64,000 bases of DNA from an uncultured Bacillota bacterium (GCA_963823655.1 CAWGMK010000013.1:224001-288000), one strand, 5' to 3'. Numbered from the stretch's first letter, positions 29,233 through 41,241 are shown. Program-made: numbers and translations. Notes: generated by a model from the letters alone, not told the origin.

Positions 29233-30556
29233 CATCACTGTGGTCGGCGGCGGCCTGGCGGGCTGCGAGGCGGCCTGGCAGGCCGCCAGGCTCGGCTTAG
29301 AGGTAAAGCTCTTCGAGATGAGGCCATCAGTAATGACGCCGGCCCACACAGGAGCACATCTTGCCGAGCTTGTATGCTCGAATTCATTAGGCGCTTTAAG
29401 CTCGGATGTCCCCGCAGGCCTGCTGAAAGAGGAGCTGCGCCAGCTGAATTCTCTGATCATCGGCTGCGCCGACGAAAGCAAGGTGCCTGCCGGAGGAGCC
29501 CTGGCCGTTGACCGCATCAAGTTCAGCGAAGCCATCGAACGCAGGATAGAAGAGAACCCCTTAATTGAACTAATCCGAGGAGAGATTGCGGATATCGAAA
29601 GCCTGCAAAGGCCCGCGGTAATTGCTACCGGGCCTCTTACGTCCGCGCCTCTTATGCAGAATCTTGAGGCTTTGCTGGGCGGCAACTCACTTTATATGTA
29701 CGACGCCGTGGCGCCGATAATTGCCGCAGACAGCATCGACTTGTCCAAAGTATACCTGGCCTCGCGCTACGGCAAGGGGGAGCCCGACTACCTGAACTGC
29801 CCGATGGACGAAGCACAGTACTTGGCATTCTACAAAGCGCTTGTTGAAGCCGAAAGGGTTCCCCTTACAAGGGCAGAGGACATTAAACTGTTCGAAGCCT
29901 GCATGCCTATCGAGGAGATGGCCGACAGAGGAGTCGATACCATTAAATTCGGCCCGCTGAAGCCCGTCGGACTAGATGACCCTGCAACGGGAAGGATGCC
30001 TTATGCCGTAGTACAGCTCAGGAAGGAAGACCTTCCGGGGACAAGCTATAACATGGTCGGCTTCCAAACCAGGCTCAGATGGTCCGAGCAGAAGAGGGTG
30101 TTCTCCATGATACCCGGGCTCGAGAACGCGGAATTCCTGCGTTATGGCGTTGTCCACAGGAACTCCTATCTCAATTCGCCCGGCATACTGGACACCGACA
30201 TGATGTTCATCGATCATGAGGGCTTGTTTGCAGCGGGCCAGCTTACGGGCTCTGAAGGTTATGTCGAATCGACTGCAACCGGAGCGATTGCCGGAATCAA
30301 CGCTGCAAGATTGGCACTTGGGCTTGCAAGCTGCAGGTTCCCGCTTGGCAGCTGCATCGGTGCGCTTGCTTCTTACATTTCCAAGGGCAAGGGCACTACT
30401 TTCGACCCTATGAGCATGAACTTCGGCCTGCTGCCGGAGCCTTCAGTTAGGCCAAAAAGCAGGAAAAGCAAACGTGAGATGCAAATTTCCGCCGCAAAGG
30501 CGTCTTTTAATGCCTTCCTTTCAGATGGTGGTGGCTCATCAAATGGCAACAGATAG
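29204..30556 (+). CDS. trmFO: Folate/FAD-dependent tRNA m5U54 methyltransferase
   Basis: GGGLAGCEAA, AELVCSNS, FEACMPIE, VGFQT, GQLTGSEGY. Confidence 0.95.
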   Translation: MNRKESLSNSITVVGGGLAGCEAAWQAARLGLEVKLFEMRPSVMTPAHTGAHLAELVCSNSLGALSSDVPAGLLKEELRQLNSLIIGCADESKVPAGGALAVDRIKFSEAIERRIEENPLIELIRGEIADIESLQRPAVIATGPLTSAPLMQNLEALLGGNSLYMYDAVAPIIAADSIDLSKVYLASRYGKGEPDYLNCPMDEAQYLAFYKALVEAERVPLTRAEDIKLFEACMPIEEMADRGVDTIKFGPLKPVGLDDPATGRMPYAVVQLRKEDLPGTSYNMVGFQTRLRWSEQKRVFSMIPGLENAEFLRYGVVHRNSYLNSPGILDTDMMFIDHEGLFAAGQLTGSEGYVESTATGAIAGINAARLALGLASCRFPLGSCIGALASYISKGKGTTFDPMSMNFGLLPEPSVRPKSRKSKREMQISAAKASFNAFLSDGGGSSNGNR

Positions 30557-31439
30557 CATAGCCGCGTTCATAGAGTACATCCTCCTGGAGAGGCGCATGT
30601 CGCCCAGGACCGCATCATCATACGAATCGGACTTGAAGTCTTTTGTTACCTTCCTGGAACAGAGGACCGGACGCAGTTTCGAGCCGACCTCGGTAAACCA
30701 GATGGATATCAGGCGGTATCTGTCCTACCTGCAGTCCGCAGGAAGGGCGAGAAGGACGATATTACGAAGGCTGGCTGCCATAAAATCCTATTTCAGGTTT
30801 TGCATTAGAAGAGGTTTCTGTACGCTAAACCCCACCGACCTTCTAGCTCCTATGAAGAGGGAGAAGAGGCTGCCCAGGGCCCTGCCTCAGGCTGATGTGG
30901 AGAAGCTGCTCCTGGCCCCGTCCGGAGAAAACCCGCTTGGTATAAGGGACAGGGCGATACTTGAGCTGATCTACTCTTCAGGAATCAGGTTGTCCGAGGC
31001 CGTCGGGCTGGATATGAGGGACTACGACAGGTCGCATGCCACCGTCAGGGTCATGGGAAAAGGATCGAAGGAGAGGATCGCGCCTGTCGGATCAGTGGCC
31101 GCCTCGGCGCTAGCTCAATATTTCTCGGAATCGAGGCCAAAACTGGCCTTGAAAGCGGGCGTTGAGGCAATCTTCCTTTCCATTAGGGGAGACAGGCTTA
31201 CTGGAAGGCAGATCCAAAGGATTATGGCCAAATACGATAGGCAGGCCGGTCTTAGCGGAAGCCCATCGCCTCATGCCCTAAGGCACTCATTCGCCACGCA
31301 CCTTCTGGATTCGGGAGCGGACCTAAGGGCTGTACAGGAGCTGCTAGGGCACGCCGACATCTCATCGACCCAGATCTACACGGCGGTCTCCAAAGAGAGG
31401 CTTATGGCATCATACAGGAAGAACCATCCCAGATCATGA
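30543..31439 (+). CDS. xerC: Tyrosine recombinase XerC (CodV)
   Basis: [45 protein letters not shown]; synteny trmFO-xerC-hslVU. Confidence 0.9.
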   Translation: MATDSIAAFIEYILLERRMSPRTASSYESDLKSFVTFLEQRTGRSFEPTSVNQMDIRRYLSYLQSAGRARRTILRRLAAIKSYFRFCIRRGFCTLNPTDLLAPMKREKRLPRALPQADVEKLLLAPSGENPLGIRDRAILELIYSSGIRLSEAVGLDMRDYDRSHATVRVMGKGSKERIAPVGSVAASALAQYFSESRPKLALKAGVEAIFLSIRGDRLTGRQIQRIMAKYDRQAGLSGSPSPHALRHSFATHLLDSGADLRAVQELLGHADISSTQIYTAVSKERLMASYRKNHPRS

Positions 31440-31453
31440 CCGGAGGGATAATA

Positions 31454-31991
31454 ATGAGCAAATTCGAAGGAACCACCGTAGTCTGCGTTATAAGAGAAGG
31501 CAAATGCGCAATGGCGTCGGACGGCCAGATAACGGTGGGCAATACGATTATGAAGCATACTGCCAAAAAGGTAAGGATCATATCGGGCGGGAAAGTGCTC
31601 GCCGGCTTCGCGGGATCTGTGGCAGATTCAGTCGCACTGTCTAGAGAAGTTCGAGTCGAAAATGAGCGAATACAAGGGGAATCTAGTCCGCGCCGCTACC
31701 GAACTGGCGAAGGACTGGCGCATGGACAAGGTAATGAGGCAGCTTGAAGCACTCTTGCTGGTAACTGACGGCAAGACGCTGCTGCTTCTTTCAGGAAGCG
31801 GAGATGTGATAGAACCGGAGGACGGAATAGCTGCTATCGGCTCAGGGGGCCCGTATGCGCTCGCAGCAGCCAGGGCATTGGCATTAAACACTACGATGCA
31901 GGCCGACGAGATCGCAGAGAAGTCATTGAAGATCGCTTCTGACATCTGCATATATACTAACGGCAACATTACTATCGAAAGGCTCGGGTGA
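31454..31991 (+). CDS. hslV: ATP-dependent protease subunit HslV; +1 frameshift at ~31640
   Basis: G-TT N-terminus, [33 protein letters not shown]. Confidence 0.94.
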
Positions 31992-31994
31992 AGA

Positions 31995-33389
31995 ATGGAG
32001 AACCTAACACCCAGAAAAGTAGTAGCAGAACTGGACAAGCACATAATCGGCCAGCATGACGCAAAGAAGGCCGTTGCCATTGCGCTTAGGAACAGGCTCA
32101 GGCGCCTGAGGACAAGCGACGATATGAAGGATGAAATAACGCCGAAGAACATCCTTATGATAGGGCCGACGGGTGTCGGCAAGACAGAGATAGCAAGACG
32201 GCTCGCAAGCCTCATAAAGGCCCCTTTTGTCAAGGTAGAGGCGACTAAGTTCACGGAAGTGGGCTATGTGGGCAGAGATGTAGATTCTATCATCAGGGAG
32301 CTGGTGGAAGCCTCAATAAGGATGGTCCGCTCGGAGAAAACCGAGCTAGTGATGGAAAAAGCAGAGAAGGCCGCAGAAGAGAGGCTTGTAGATATCCTAG
32401 CTCCAGTCCCTAAAAGGGAGAAGCCGGTGTCGAACCCGTTCGCGGCCCTCTTCGGCCAGGCTCCCAAGCCGGAACAGAACCCTGAGGATTTCGAGGAATC
32501 AAAGCGCAAAGCCGAAACCAAAAGGGAGCAGGTTATCCGCCTTCTGCAAGAGGGCCAGCTCGAGGAGCAGGTAATCGAGCTTGATGTGAAGGACAGCTCT
32601 CAGAAGCCGCTCGGCCTTTTCGGCGCTGGAGAGCCCAATGAGATGATGGTCGACATGTCGGGCATTCTGGGCGACATGCTGGGCAAGAAGACCGTAAGAA
32701 GGAAGATGGCAGTCAAGGAAGCCCGCCGCCACCTGGTCGATGAAGAGGCCTCGAAACTGGTCGATTCCTTTGAAATCGAAACCGAGGCGATACGAAACGC
32801 CGAGGAGAACGGCATAGTCTTCATAGACGAATTCGACAAGATAGCCGGCAGAAGCAGTATGAACGGACCCGATGTATCAAGGGAGGGCGTACAAAGGGAC
32901 ATCCTTCCCATGGTTGAGGGCTCTACGGTTCAGACGAAGTACGGCCCTGTCCGCACAAGGCATATGCTTTTCATTGCGGCGGGCGCTTTCCATGTATCAC
33001 GGCCTTCGGATCTGATACCTGAGCTACAGGGCAGATTCCCCATAAGAGTGGAACTTCAGACGCTAACCGAGGAGGAGTTCAGGCGGATACTCACTGAACC
33101 CCAGGGCTCTCTTCTTAAGCAGTATAAAGCCCTTCTTGAAGCCGACGGGGTAGATCTCGATGTCACCGTCGATGGCATAGAGGAGATCGCGGCCACAGCT
33201 TACAGGATCAATTCGATTGGAGAGAACATAGGCGCGCGCCGCCTTCACACGGTAATGGAGAAGCTCCTTGAGGAAGTATCCTTCGAAGCTCCCGAGAAAT
33301 CCGGCAAAGTAGTTGTCGACAGGCCTTATGTAAAGGCGGTATTCGACAATCTCAACCTCGGCCAGGACCAGGTGACCATGATTCTTTAA
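31995..33389 (+). CDS. hslU: ATP-dependent protease ATPase HslU
   Basis: GPTGVGKTEIARR, GYVG, FIDEFDK, ELQGRFPIRV, ENIGARRLH. Confidence 0.97.
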   Translation: MENLTPRKVVAELDKHIIGQHDAKKAVAIALRNRLRRLRTSDDMKDEITPKNILMIGPTGVGKTEIARRLASLIKAPFVKVEATKFTEVGYVGRDVDSIIRELVEASIRMVRSEKTELVMEKAEKAAEERLVDILAPVPKREKPVSNPFAALFGQAPKPEQNPEDFEESKRKAETKREQVIRLLQEGQLEEQVIELDVKDSSQKPLGLFGAGEPNEMMVDMSGILGDMLGKKTVRRKMAVKEARRHLVDEEASKLVDSFEIETEAIRNAEENGIVFIDEFDKIAGRSSMNGPDVSREGVQRDILPMVEGSTVQTKYGPVRTRHMLFIAAGAFHVSRPSDLIPELQGRFPIRVELQTLTEEEFRRILTEPQGSLLKQYKALLEADGVDLDVTVDGIEEIAATAYRINSIGENIGARRLHTVMEKLLEEVSFEAPEKSGKVVVDRPYVKAVFDNLNLGQDQVTMIL

Positions 33390-33429
33390 AACTATTTCTA
33401 TAGCAGTTCTTCATTTACAGGGATGAATA

Positions 33430-33458
33430 TTGATTAGATGAGGGACTTGTGGTAATAT
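33430..33458 (+). promoter_or_regulatory. Promoter of rpsB-tsf
   Basis: TTGATT-17 nt-TAATAT with TGTG upstream of the -10. Confidence 0.55.
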
Positions 33459-33471
33459 TTTTAATTGCGAT

Positions 33472-33552
33472 TACACACGCTTTGCTGATTCCCAAGAGGC
33501 GGTGCCGCGAAAGCGGATCTTTCGGGGAAATGAAGCGGGCGGAGGTTAAACC
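33472..33552 (+). promoter_or_regulatory. rpsB (S2) autoregulatory leader
   Basis: CACACGC...GCGGTGC...GCGGAGG pattern typical of rpsB 5' UTRs. Confidence 0.65.
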
Positions 33553-33575
33553 GAAGCAGAGGGGAGGTGAACAAG

Positions 33576-34367
33576 ATGCCGGTGATTAGCATGAAACTGC
33601 TGTTGGAAGCGGGCGTACATTTCGGCCATCAGACAAGGCGCTGGAACCCCAAAATGGCAAAGTACATCTATACTTCCCGCAACGGCATATATATCATCGA
33701 CCTGCAGAAGACCGTCCGTAAGATAGACGAGGCCTATAACTTCGTTAAGTCCAAGTCCACTGACGGCGCCACACTGCTGTTCGTAGGCACCAAGAAACAG
33801 GCTCACGACGCCATTGCCGAGGAGGCTCAGCGTTGCGGAATGTACTGGGTGAACGAAAGATGGCTCGGCGGCATGCTCACGAATTTCTCTACCATTAGGA
33901 AGAGAGTCGACAGGATGAAGCAGCTCGAGCGCATGGAGCAGGACGGTTCATTCGAACAACTGCCTAAGAAGGAGGTACTTCTCCTTAAGGGTGAATACGC
34001 GAAGCTGGTGAAGAACCTGGCAGGTATCCGTGACATGGAGAAGCTTCCGGATATGATGTATGTCGTGGATCCCAAGAAGGAGCACATAGCGATCCTGGAG
34101 GCAAAGAGGCTCAGCATACCGATAGTAGGTATAGTTGATACCAATTGCGATCCCGATGAGGTCGACTACGTGATTCCCAGCAACGACGACGCGATAAGAG
34201 CCGTAAGGCTGCTTACCGCAAAGATGGCAGATGCCATTATCGAGGGACGCGAAGGCGTTGACGCACCTGTCGCCGTAAGCGACAAAGTAACGCCAGCCGA
34301 AATCGAGGAGGAAGAGGCAATAGCCCCCGAATCCGAGACACAGGTCGCGGAAGGCCTCATCAACTAA
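33576..34367 (+). CDS. rpsB: 30S ribosomal protein S2
   Basis: [40 protein letters not shown]. Confidence 0.98.
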   Translation: MPVISMKLLLEAGVHFGHQTRRWNPKMAKYIYTSRNGIYIIDLQKTVRKIDEAYNFVKSKSTDGATLLFVGTKKQAHDAIAEEAQRCGMYWVNERWLGGMLTNFSTIRKRVDRMKQLERMEQDGSFEQLPKKEVLLLKGEYAKLVKNLAGIRDMEKLPDMMYVVDPKKEHIAILEAKRLSIPIVGIVDTNCDPDEVDYVIPSNDDAIRAVRLLTAKMADAIIEGREGVDAPVAVSDKVTPAEIEEEEAIAPESETQVAEGLIN

Positions 34368-34383
34368 TAAGGAGGAGCTCCAC

Positions 34384-35001
34384 ATGGCCGAGATTAAGGC
34401 ATCCGATGTGCAGAAGCTTCGCGAGGTATCGCAGGCCGGCATGATGGACTGCAAACGCGCTCTTGTAGAGTGCGAAGGCAATATGGAGAAGGCCGCCCAG
34501 TTCCTTAGGGAAAAGGGCCTTGCCAGAGCTGAAAAGCGCAGCGGCAGGGCGACGTCAGAGGGCGTAGTCGATTCTTACATCCATATGGGTGGAAGAATCG
34601 GTGTGCTCGTGGAAGTCAACTGCGAAACCGACTTCGTTGCCAAAAATGAGCAGTTCAAGACGCTCGTCAAGGAAATTGCAATGCAGATAGCGGCTCAAAA
34701 GCCGATATACGTAAAGCGCGAGGAGGTACCGACCTCCGTGATAGAAGCCGAGAAGGAAATCTACAAGCATCAGGCCGCAAACGAGGGCAAGAAGCCGGAG
34801 TTTGCGGACAAGATCGCAGAGGGCAGGCTGGAGAAGTATTTCAAGGAAGTCTGCCTAGTGGACCAGGCCTATATCAGGGAGCCGGCCAAGACCGTCGCTG
34901 ACGTGATCAAGGAGACTGCGGCAGTCCTCGGCGAGAACATACAGGTCAGGCGATTCGCGCGCTATGAGCGCGGCGAGGAACTTCAGACCGAAGCTGAGTA
35001 A
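34384..35001 (+). CDS. tsf: Elongation factor Ts (short form)
   Basis: GMMDCKRAL, EVNCETDFVA, GENIQVRRF. Confidence 0.97.
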   Translation: MAEIKASDVQKLREVSQAGMMDCKRALVECEGNMEKAAQFLREKGLARAEKRSGRATSEGVVDSYIHMGGRIGVLVEVNCETDFVAKNEQFKTLVKEIAMQIAAQKPIYVKREEVPTSVIEAEKEIYKHQAANEGKKPEFADKIAEGRLEKYFKEVCLVDQAYIREPAKTVADVIKETAAVLGENIQVRRFARYERGEELQTEAE

Positions 35002-35013
35002 GCAAATGCGAAT

Positions 35014-35050
35014 AACGGGGCCGACCGATGAGGTTGGGCCCCGTTTTTTT
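35014..35050 (+). terminator. Terminator after tsf
   Basis: AACGGGGCC...GGCCCCGTT followed by a T run. Confidence 0.8.
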
Positions 35051-35095
35051 ACAATCTTGGCCCTTGTAGTGGAAAGCGGCCCCTGCGGAGGTTAG

Positions 35096-35836
<741 letters not shown>

Positions 35837-35841
35837 TTTTC

Positions 35842-36403
35842 ATGTCTTATAAGGAAGTTATCACGAAATTCGAAGAGAAGATGAACGTAGTCATAGAGGT
35901 GGAGAAGAAGGAGTTCTCAGGAATTCGTACCGGAAGGGCGAACCCGGCCCTGCTGGATCGCATCCACGCGGACTATTACGGAACGCCCACGCCATTGCCT
36001 CAGATGGCGACGATAAGCACGCCGGATCCGAGGACACTGGTGGTCACCCCATGGGATAAGGGTATGCTGGGCAAGATCGAGAAGGCGATACTGGCCTCTG
36101 ATCTGGGCCTGACGCCGACAAACGACGGCAATCTCGATAAGGATGTCCTTGCCGCACCTTACAGAGGAGAGGCGCAAGGACCTCGTAAAGATGATAAAGA
36201 AGATCGCCGAGGACATGAGAGTCGCAGTTAGGAACGTAAGGCGGGATGCCGTCGAAGCCGTCAAGAAGATGGAGAAAGATGGAATCATCACCGAGGACGA
36301 TCTCAAGCGCGCCCAGGACGAGATACAGAAGGTAACCGATAAGCACATCGCCGACATCGACAAGCAGCTTTTGGCCAAGGAAACGGAGATAATGCAAGTA
36401 TAA
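35842..36403 (+). CDS. frr: Ribosome recycling factor; +1 frameshift at ~36136
   Basis: [15 protein letters not shown], then in the shifted frame [21 protein letters not shown]. Confidence 0.95.
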
Positions 36404-37131
36404 TGACAAGCGATTTCTCCGCTGCCGGAGCCGCAATACCGGCGCATCTGGCCATTATCATGGATGGCAATGGCAGGTGGGCAAAAGCTCGTGGGCTGGA
36501 TCGAAGCGATGGGCACAGGGCCGGCGCATCAAATGTTATCAAACTTGCACAGGCTTGCCAGACAAGGGGCATAAGCGTTCTGTCCCTTTTCGCCTTCTCC
36601 ACCGAGAATTGGAAGAGGCCGAAATCCGAAATCGATGCCCTTTTCAGCATCGCGGCGGATTATTTCAGCAATAGCTTCTCGAAATTCCCCGGCATGGGCA
36701 TAAGACTGAAGGTCATAGGCGAAAGAAAAAACCTCCCTCGTGCTTTGAAGCTGATGATAGAGAAGGCGGAGAGGGCCAATCCCAAGGAGTATTCCCTTAC
36801 GCTGAATATGGCAGTCAACTACGGCGGCAAATGGGATATCGCGAAAGCCGCCGCTTCGCTTGCGGAGAAATGCTGCGCAGGCGATATGAAGCCCTCGGAT
36901 ATCAATGAGGCTTCAATGGATGCCCAGATAAGCACATCCGGGCAGCCGCCAGTGGACCTTCTCATACGTACCGGCGGGGAGCGCCGGATTTCGAACTTCC
37001 TTATATGGCAAAGCGCCTATTCGGAGCTATATTTCAGCGATAAGTACTGGCCCGATTTCGACGAGTCCGAGCTCGACCTTGCTTTGGGGGAGTTCGCCCG
37101 CAGGTCAAGGCGGTTCGGCGGGCTGGCATGA
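36403..37131 (+). CDS. uppS: Undecaprenyl diphosphate synthase
   Basis: IIMDGNGRWA, FSTENWKRP, NYGG, IRTGGERRISNF, RRFGG. Confidence 0.96.
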   Translation: MTSDFSAAGAAIPAHLAIIMDGNGRWAKARGLDRSDGHRAGASNVIKLAQACQTRGISVLSLFAFSTENWKRPKSEIDALFSIAADYFSNSFSKFPGMGIRLKVIGERKNLPRALKLMIEKAERANPKEYSLTLNMAVNYGGKWDIAKAAASLAEKCCAGDMKPSDINEASMDAQISTSGQPPVDLLIRTGGERRISNFLIWQSAYSELYFSDKYWPDFDESELDLALGEFARRSRRFGGLA

Positions 37132-37143
37132 GGTTAAAGTAAT

Positions 37144-37966
37144 ATGCGAAAAAGGATAATCTCGGCGTTGATTGCACTACCGATAGTCCTCTTCCTGCTG
37201 TGGCTGGGGGGCTATTTCACACTTCTGCTGATTGCGGTTGTAGTAGTGATGGCAAACCTTGAGTACTACAAGCTCACAATGGGCAAGGGAATAGCCCATT
37301 GTCCGGCTATTGCAATAGGAATGAGCCTCGTTTACCTTCTTGACGCTTTCTACTTCTCAGGAAGGTATGCGCTGCCGCTGACGGCGATGCTGCTGGCGCT
37401 CTCGCTGATCAGGCCGGTACTGCGGGGCGAGCCCGCAGGATCCGTCGCCGGGACAGCGTCTACTACTTTCGCCGCTTTGTACTTCGGCTGGAGCCTTAGC
37501 CATGCGATACTCCTTAGGTCTTCTTCTCCCGGGCTTGAGGGCTTCGTACTGGTGCTTTCGCTGTTGGGGCTTGTATGGCTCCACGATACCGCAGCTCTTA
37601 TGTTCGGTATAGCGTTGAAAGGCAGGACTAAGATCGCCCCGAAGATCTCTCCTAAGAAGAGCCTCGAGGGAAGCATCGGTGGGTTCTTGACGCTCATAGC
37701 CCTGATGTTCCTGGTGTATCCTCAGCTGTCCTCAAGAGGCCTGCTGCCCGAGATAGACTTAATCGCAAAGATCATCCTGATAGTTGTCGCGGTCATATGC
37801 TGTAACTATGGGGACCTTGGCGAATCGGCCCTCAAAAGGGACACCGGCGTCAAGGACAGCGGCGTATTTCTGCCCGGGCACGGCGGCTTCATGGACAGGA
37901 TCGACTCTCTGTCTGCTGTTCGTACCCGCTTCATATTGGCTGTTCAAGCTTTTCCTTGGCTGGTAA
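37144..37966 (+). CDS. cdsA: Phosphatidate cytidylyltransferase; +1 frameshift at ~37912
   Basis: ISPKKSLEG, GDLGESALKR..VKDSG..PGHGGFMDRIDS; the true C-terminus LFVPASYWLFKLFLGW* is in the shifted frame. Confidence 0.93.
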
Positions 37967-37999
37967 TCGGGACTTTTCACATTTCCTTGGAGGTGGCTT

Positions 38000-39169
38000 T
38001 TGAAGCTATCGGTATTCGGAAGCACAGGCTCAATAGGCAAGCAGGCCCTTTCAATATCGGGCCAGCTTGGCATAAAGATTTTCGCCTTGACCGCCAACAA
38101 GGATGTCGAAACCATTCTGTCGCAGGTTTTAAAGTTCAATCCCAGCTTCGCTGCCATGGCGGACAGGGGCTCGGCCGTAAGGCTTAGAGAAGCGGTTAAG
38201 GCGCAAGGCTCGGACACCGTAGTCCTGGACTCAGACGGCGCGCTGGAGGAGCTGGCAGGGAATATAGATGCAGACAGAGTGTTGAATGCGGTCGTTGGGT
38301 CGGCGGGGCTTAAAGTCTCTTTGAAGGCGCTCGACGCCGGAGTTAGCCTGGCCCTTGCCAATAAGGAGAGCATGGTGGCGGCCGGCGAGCTAATGAACGA
38401 AGCCTCAAAGCGGAGCAAAACGCCGATACTGCCCGTAGATAGCGAGCACTCCGCCATTTGGCAGTGCATATGGGCATCTCGAGGAAGCGAAGTCGACGAG
38501 ATCATGCTGACTGCCTCAGGCGGGCCCTTCAGAGGAATGAAGGACTTGTACAGAGTCCGCCCGGAACAGGCGCTGAAGCATCCAAACTGGGTGATGGGCA
38601 GCAAGATTACCATAGACTCCGCCACCATGATTAACAAAGCCCTTGAGGTCATAGAGGCCCATTGGCTGTTCGGCTCGCCGCCCGAGCGGATAAAAGTGAT
38701 TGTACATCCCCAAAGCATCGTACACTCGGCCGTCAGGTTCAAGGACGGCTCCGTAATAGCTCAGATGGGGGTCCCCGATATGAGGCTTCCGATAATGACG
38801 GCCCTCAGTTATCCGGAAAGGTCCCCGTCGCCTCCTGAGGCAATGGCGCGGCTTGACCTTCTTTCTGCAGCCAGGCTTGATTTCGAGGCGCCGGATGAAA
38901 CCACATTCCCGGGCGTATTGCTTGGGCACAAAGCCCTTGCCATCGGCGGCGTAGCCCCTGCTATCATGTCGGCTGCAAATGAGGCCGCAGTTGAGGCTTT
39001 CCTGCACGGTTCTATACCGTTCACCATGATTTCAGAGCTTAGCGAGGATGCCATGGCCAACGGCCCAAGAGTCGGCGCCTCCTCCGCAGAAGCTGTACTT
39101 GAGGCCGATTCCTGGGCTAGATCCTATGTTGAAAGCAGGTGCGCGATTTGGCATTCTTGTCATTCCTGA
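38000..39169 (+). CDS. dxr: 1-deoxy-D-xylulose-5-phosphate reductoisomerase
   Basis: GSTGSIG, LANKES, PVDSEH, ASGGPF, HPNWVMG, NKALE. Confidence 0.96.
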   Translation: MKLSVFGSTGSIGKQALSISGQLGIKIFALTANKDVETILSQVLKFNPSFAAMADRGSAVRLREAVKAQGSDTVVLDSDGALEELAGNIDADRVLNAVVGSAGLKVSLKALDAGVSLALANKESMVAAGELMNEASKRSKTPILPVDSEHSAIWQCIWASRGSEVDEIMLTASGGPFRGMKDLYRVRPEQALKHPNWVMGSKITIDSATMINKALEVIEAHWLFGSPPERIKVIVHPQSIVHSAVRFKDGSVIAQMGVPDMRLPIMTALSYPERSPSPPEAMARLDLLSAARLDFEAPDETTFPGVLLGHKALAIGGVAPAIMSAANEAAVEAFLHGSIPFTMISELSEDAMANGPRVGASSAEAVLEADSWARSYVESRCAIWHSCHS

Positions 39170-40165
39170 TAGTCTTCGGAATAGTCAGCATAGTCCATGA
39201 GCTGGGGCATTTTCTCACCGGAAAGGCCTTCGGCTTTAGAATATTGGAGTTCGCCATCGGTTTCGGCCCCGCCCTTTTCAGGCGCAAGAAAGGCGAGACG
39301 GAGTACTGCCTTCGCGTCCTGCCTTTGGGAGGCTTGAACCGATTCGACGATGGGGAGGACGGCAGGACTGCGGATTCCCACAGCTTTACTAACAGGCCCT
39401 TCCTGCAGAGGTTCCTTGTGATCCTCTCAGGTTCCGCCATGAACATCCTGCTGGCAATATTGCTTGTGGCAATACTCTTCGCGGCGACCGGAACGCCTAC
39501 GATAAGCATAGCGGATACAGTGCCCGGCTCTCCGGCTGAAGCCGCAGGCATAGTAAAAGGCGACATAATTCTCGAAATAGAAGGCAAGGCTATGCTGACA
39601 TCCGAGTCAATTGTATCAGTGTTGTCTACATCGTCTGACAAGGAAGTTGACATAACTGTAGAACGTGCTGGCCAGATCGTCATCGTCACGGCCGTACCCA
39701 AGCAGGACCCGGCGGACGGAAGAGGCAAGATCGGAATATACATGGAGCAGGTCCTAAAAAAGACCGGCCCTATTAAGGCGCTTTCGAACGGAGTCAAATT
39801 CCTGTTCGAAATCGTAAAGCTTACTGTCGCGGCCTTGGGCCAGGTAATGGTAGGAAGGGGCCTCGACCAGATATCGGGGCCTGTGGGAATCGCTGTGGCA
39901 TCGGCGGAGGCAGCGAGGAACGGTATCTCGTCATTCGTGCTGCTTATTGCCCTGGTCTCAATTAGCCTTGGCGTTTTCAACCTGATCCCGTTGCCTATCC
40001 TGGATGGCGGTTGGCTGCTCTTCATGAGCTTTGAGAAGATAACAGGGAAGAAGATACCCGAGAAGCTGATGTACGCGCATGAAGCTTACGGGGATTGCCC
40101 TGTTCATCATGCTCGCCATTTACGCGACCTACAGCGATATTGCCAGGCTTATTGTCGGAAGGTGA
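39139..40165 (+). CDS. rseP: RIP metalloprotease RseP/RasP; a +1 frameshift at ~40077 joins it to ispG in the ORF track
   Basis: HELGH, PDZ domain, NLIPLPILDGG; true end MKLTGIALF..SDIARLIVGR* at 40165. Confidence 0.92.
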
Positions 40166-40170
40166 TTCCA

Positions 40171-41241
40171 TTGGCCATTGTAAGAAAGCAAACCAGGGAG
40201 GTCAGCGCCGCGGCCCTTAAGATCGGTGGCGGTTCCGCAATATCCGTCCAATCGATGTGCAACGCTGACACACGCGACATACTGTCAACGAAAGCCCAGA
40301 TAAAAAGGCTCAAGGAGGCCGGATGCGATCTTGTCAGGCTCGCGGTGCCCGACATGGAGGCGGCTGAGGCCTTAAAAGGGATAATCCCCGGCGCCGGCAT
40401 ACCGATTTGCGCCGACATCCACTTCGACTACAAGCTGGCGCTCAAATCGATCGATGCTGGGGTAGCAAAAGTAAGGATCAACCCGGGCAATATCGGTTCG
40501 GAGGAGAAGGTGGCGGCCGTAGTAGAAGCCTGTTCCTCAAAGGGGCTGCCGATTCGCATTGGAGTGAACTCTGGCTCCATTGCGCCGGGCATCCTTGCAA
40601 AGTACGGCAGAACTGCGAAGGCGCTGGCCGAAAGCGCCCTTTCAGAGCTTTCGGTGTTTGAAAGACACGGCTTTTATGATACTGTATTGTCTGTTAAATC
40701 CTCCGATGTACTGGAGACCGTTGAGGCCAACAGGTACATTTCGTCCAAGGTCGGATACCCCCTCCATCTGGGAGTAACAGAGGCGGGTCCACCCGATACC
40801 GGGATGATAAGATCGGCCGCCGCGATGGGCGCACTGCTCATGGAGGGCATCGGGGATACGATTAGGATTAGCCTGACAGCGGAGCCGGAAACCGAAGTAT
40901 ATGCCGGCATTGAGCTGCTTACAAGCCTTGGCCTCAGGAAAGGCCTGAGGATCATTTCCTGCCCTACGTGCGGAAGAAGCAGGGGCGATGTAAGCTCGAT
41001 CGTAGCTGAAGTGAGGAAGGGCCTTCTGGGAAGCGGCCTTGAGGCTACCGTGGCTGTCATGGGTTGCGAGGTAAACGGGCCGGGGGAGGCTGCCGGGGCG
41101 GACTATGCGATAGCCTGCGGCGCCAACCAGGCTGCGATTTTCATGCATGGGGAGATAGTCGCGAGAGTCCCCCTGGAGAGGGCGTCTTCGGCACTTCTTC
41201 AATTAATCGCGAAAGCTGTACCGGGAGCTGATAAAAGATGA
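40171..41241 (+). CDS. ispG: HMBPP synthase
   Basis: VQSM, ADIHF, RINPGN, RIGVNSGS, HLGVTEAG, CPTCGR, MGCEVNGPGE; own SD GGAAGGTGA and TTG start. Confidence 0.95.
   Translation: MAIVRKQTREVSAAALKIGGGSAISVQSMCNADTRDILSTKAQIKRLKEAGCDLVRLAVPDMEAAEALKGIIPGAGIPICADIHFDYKLALKSIDAGVAKVRINPGNIGSEEKVAAVVEACSSKGLPIRIGVNSGSIAPGILAKYGRTAKALAESALSELSVFERHGFYDTVLSVKSSDVLETVEANRYISSKVGYPLHLGVTEAGPPDTGMIRSAAAMGALLMEGIGDTIRISLTAEPETEVYAGIELLTSLGLRKGLRIISCPTCGRSRGDVSSIVAEVRKGLLGSGLEATVAVMGCEVNGPGEAAGADYAIACGANQAAIFMHGEIVARVPLERASSALLQLIAKAVPGADKR

Noticed and set aside
30543-31439. Tyrosine recombinase as a phage or island integrase
   Set aside because: It sits in the canonical topA-trmFO-xerC-hslVU position, with no att sites or cargo genes.
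34384-35001. Short 205-aa EF-Ts as a truncated gene
   Set aside because: Short EF-Ts forms are a known natural class, and the gene has a complete C-terminus followed by a terminator.
37967-38187. C-terminal extension of CdsA overlapping dxr
   Set aside because: It results from the +1 insertion at ~37912; the true stop is at 37966.
39139-41241. Apparent 700-aa RseP-IspG fusion
   Set aside because: A single extra base at ~40077 diverts rseP. Its normal hydrophobic C-terminus and stop (40165) are in the shifted frame, and ispG has its own SD and TTG at 40171.
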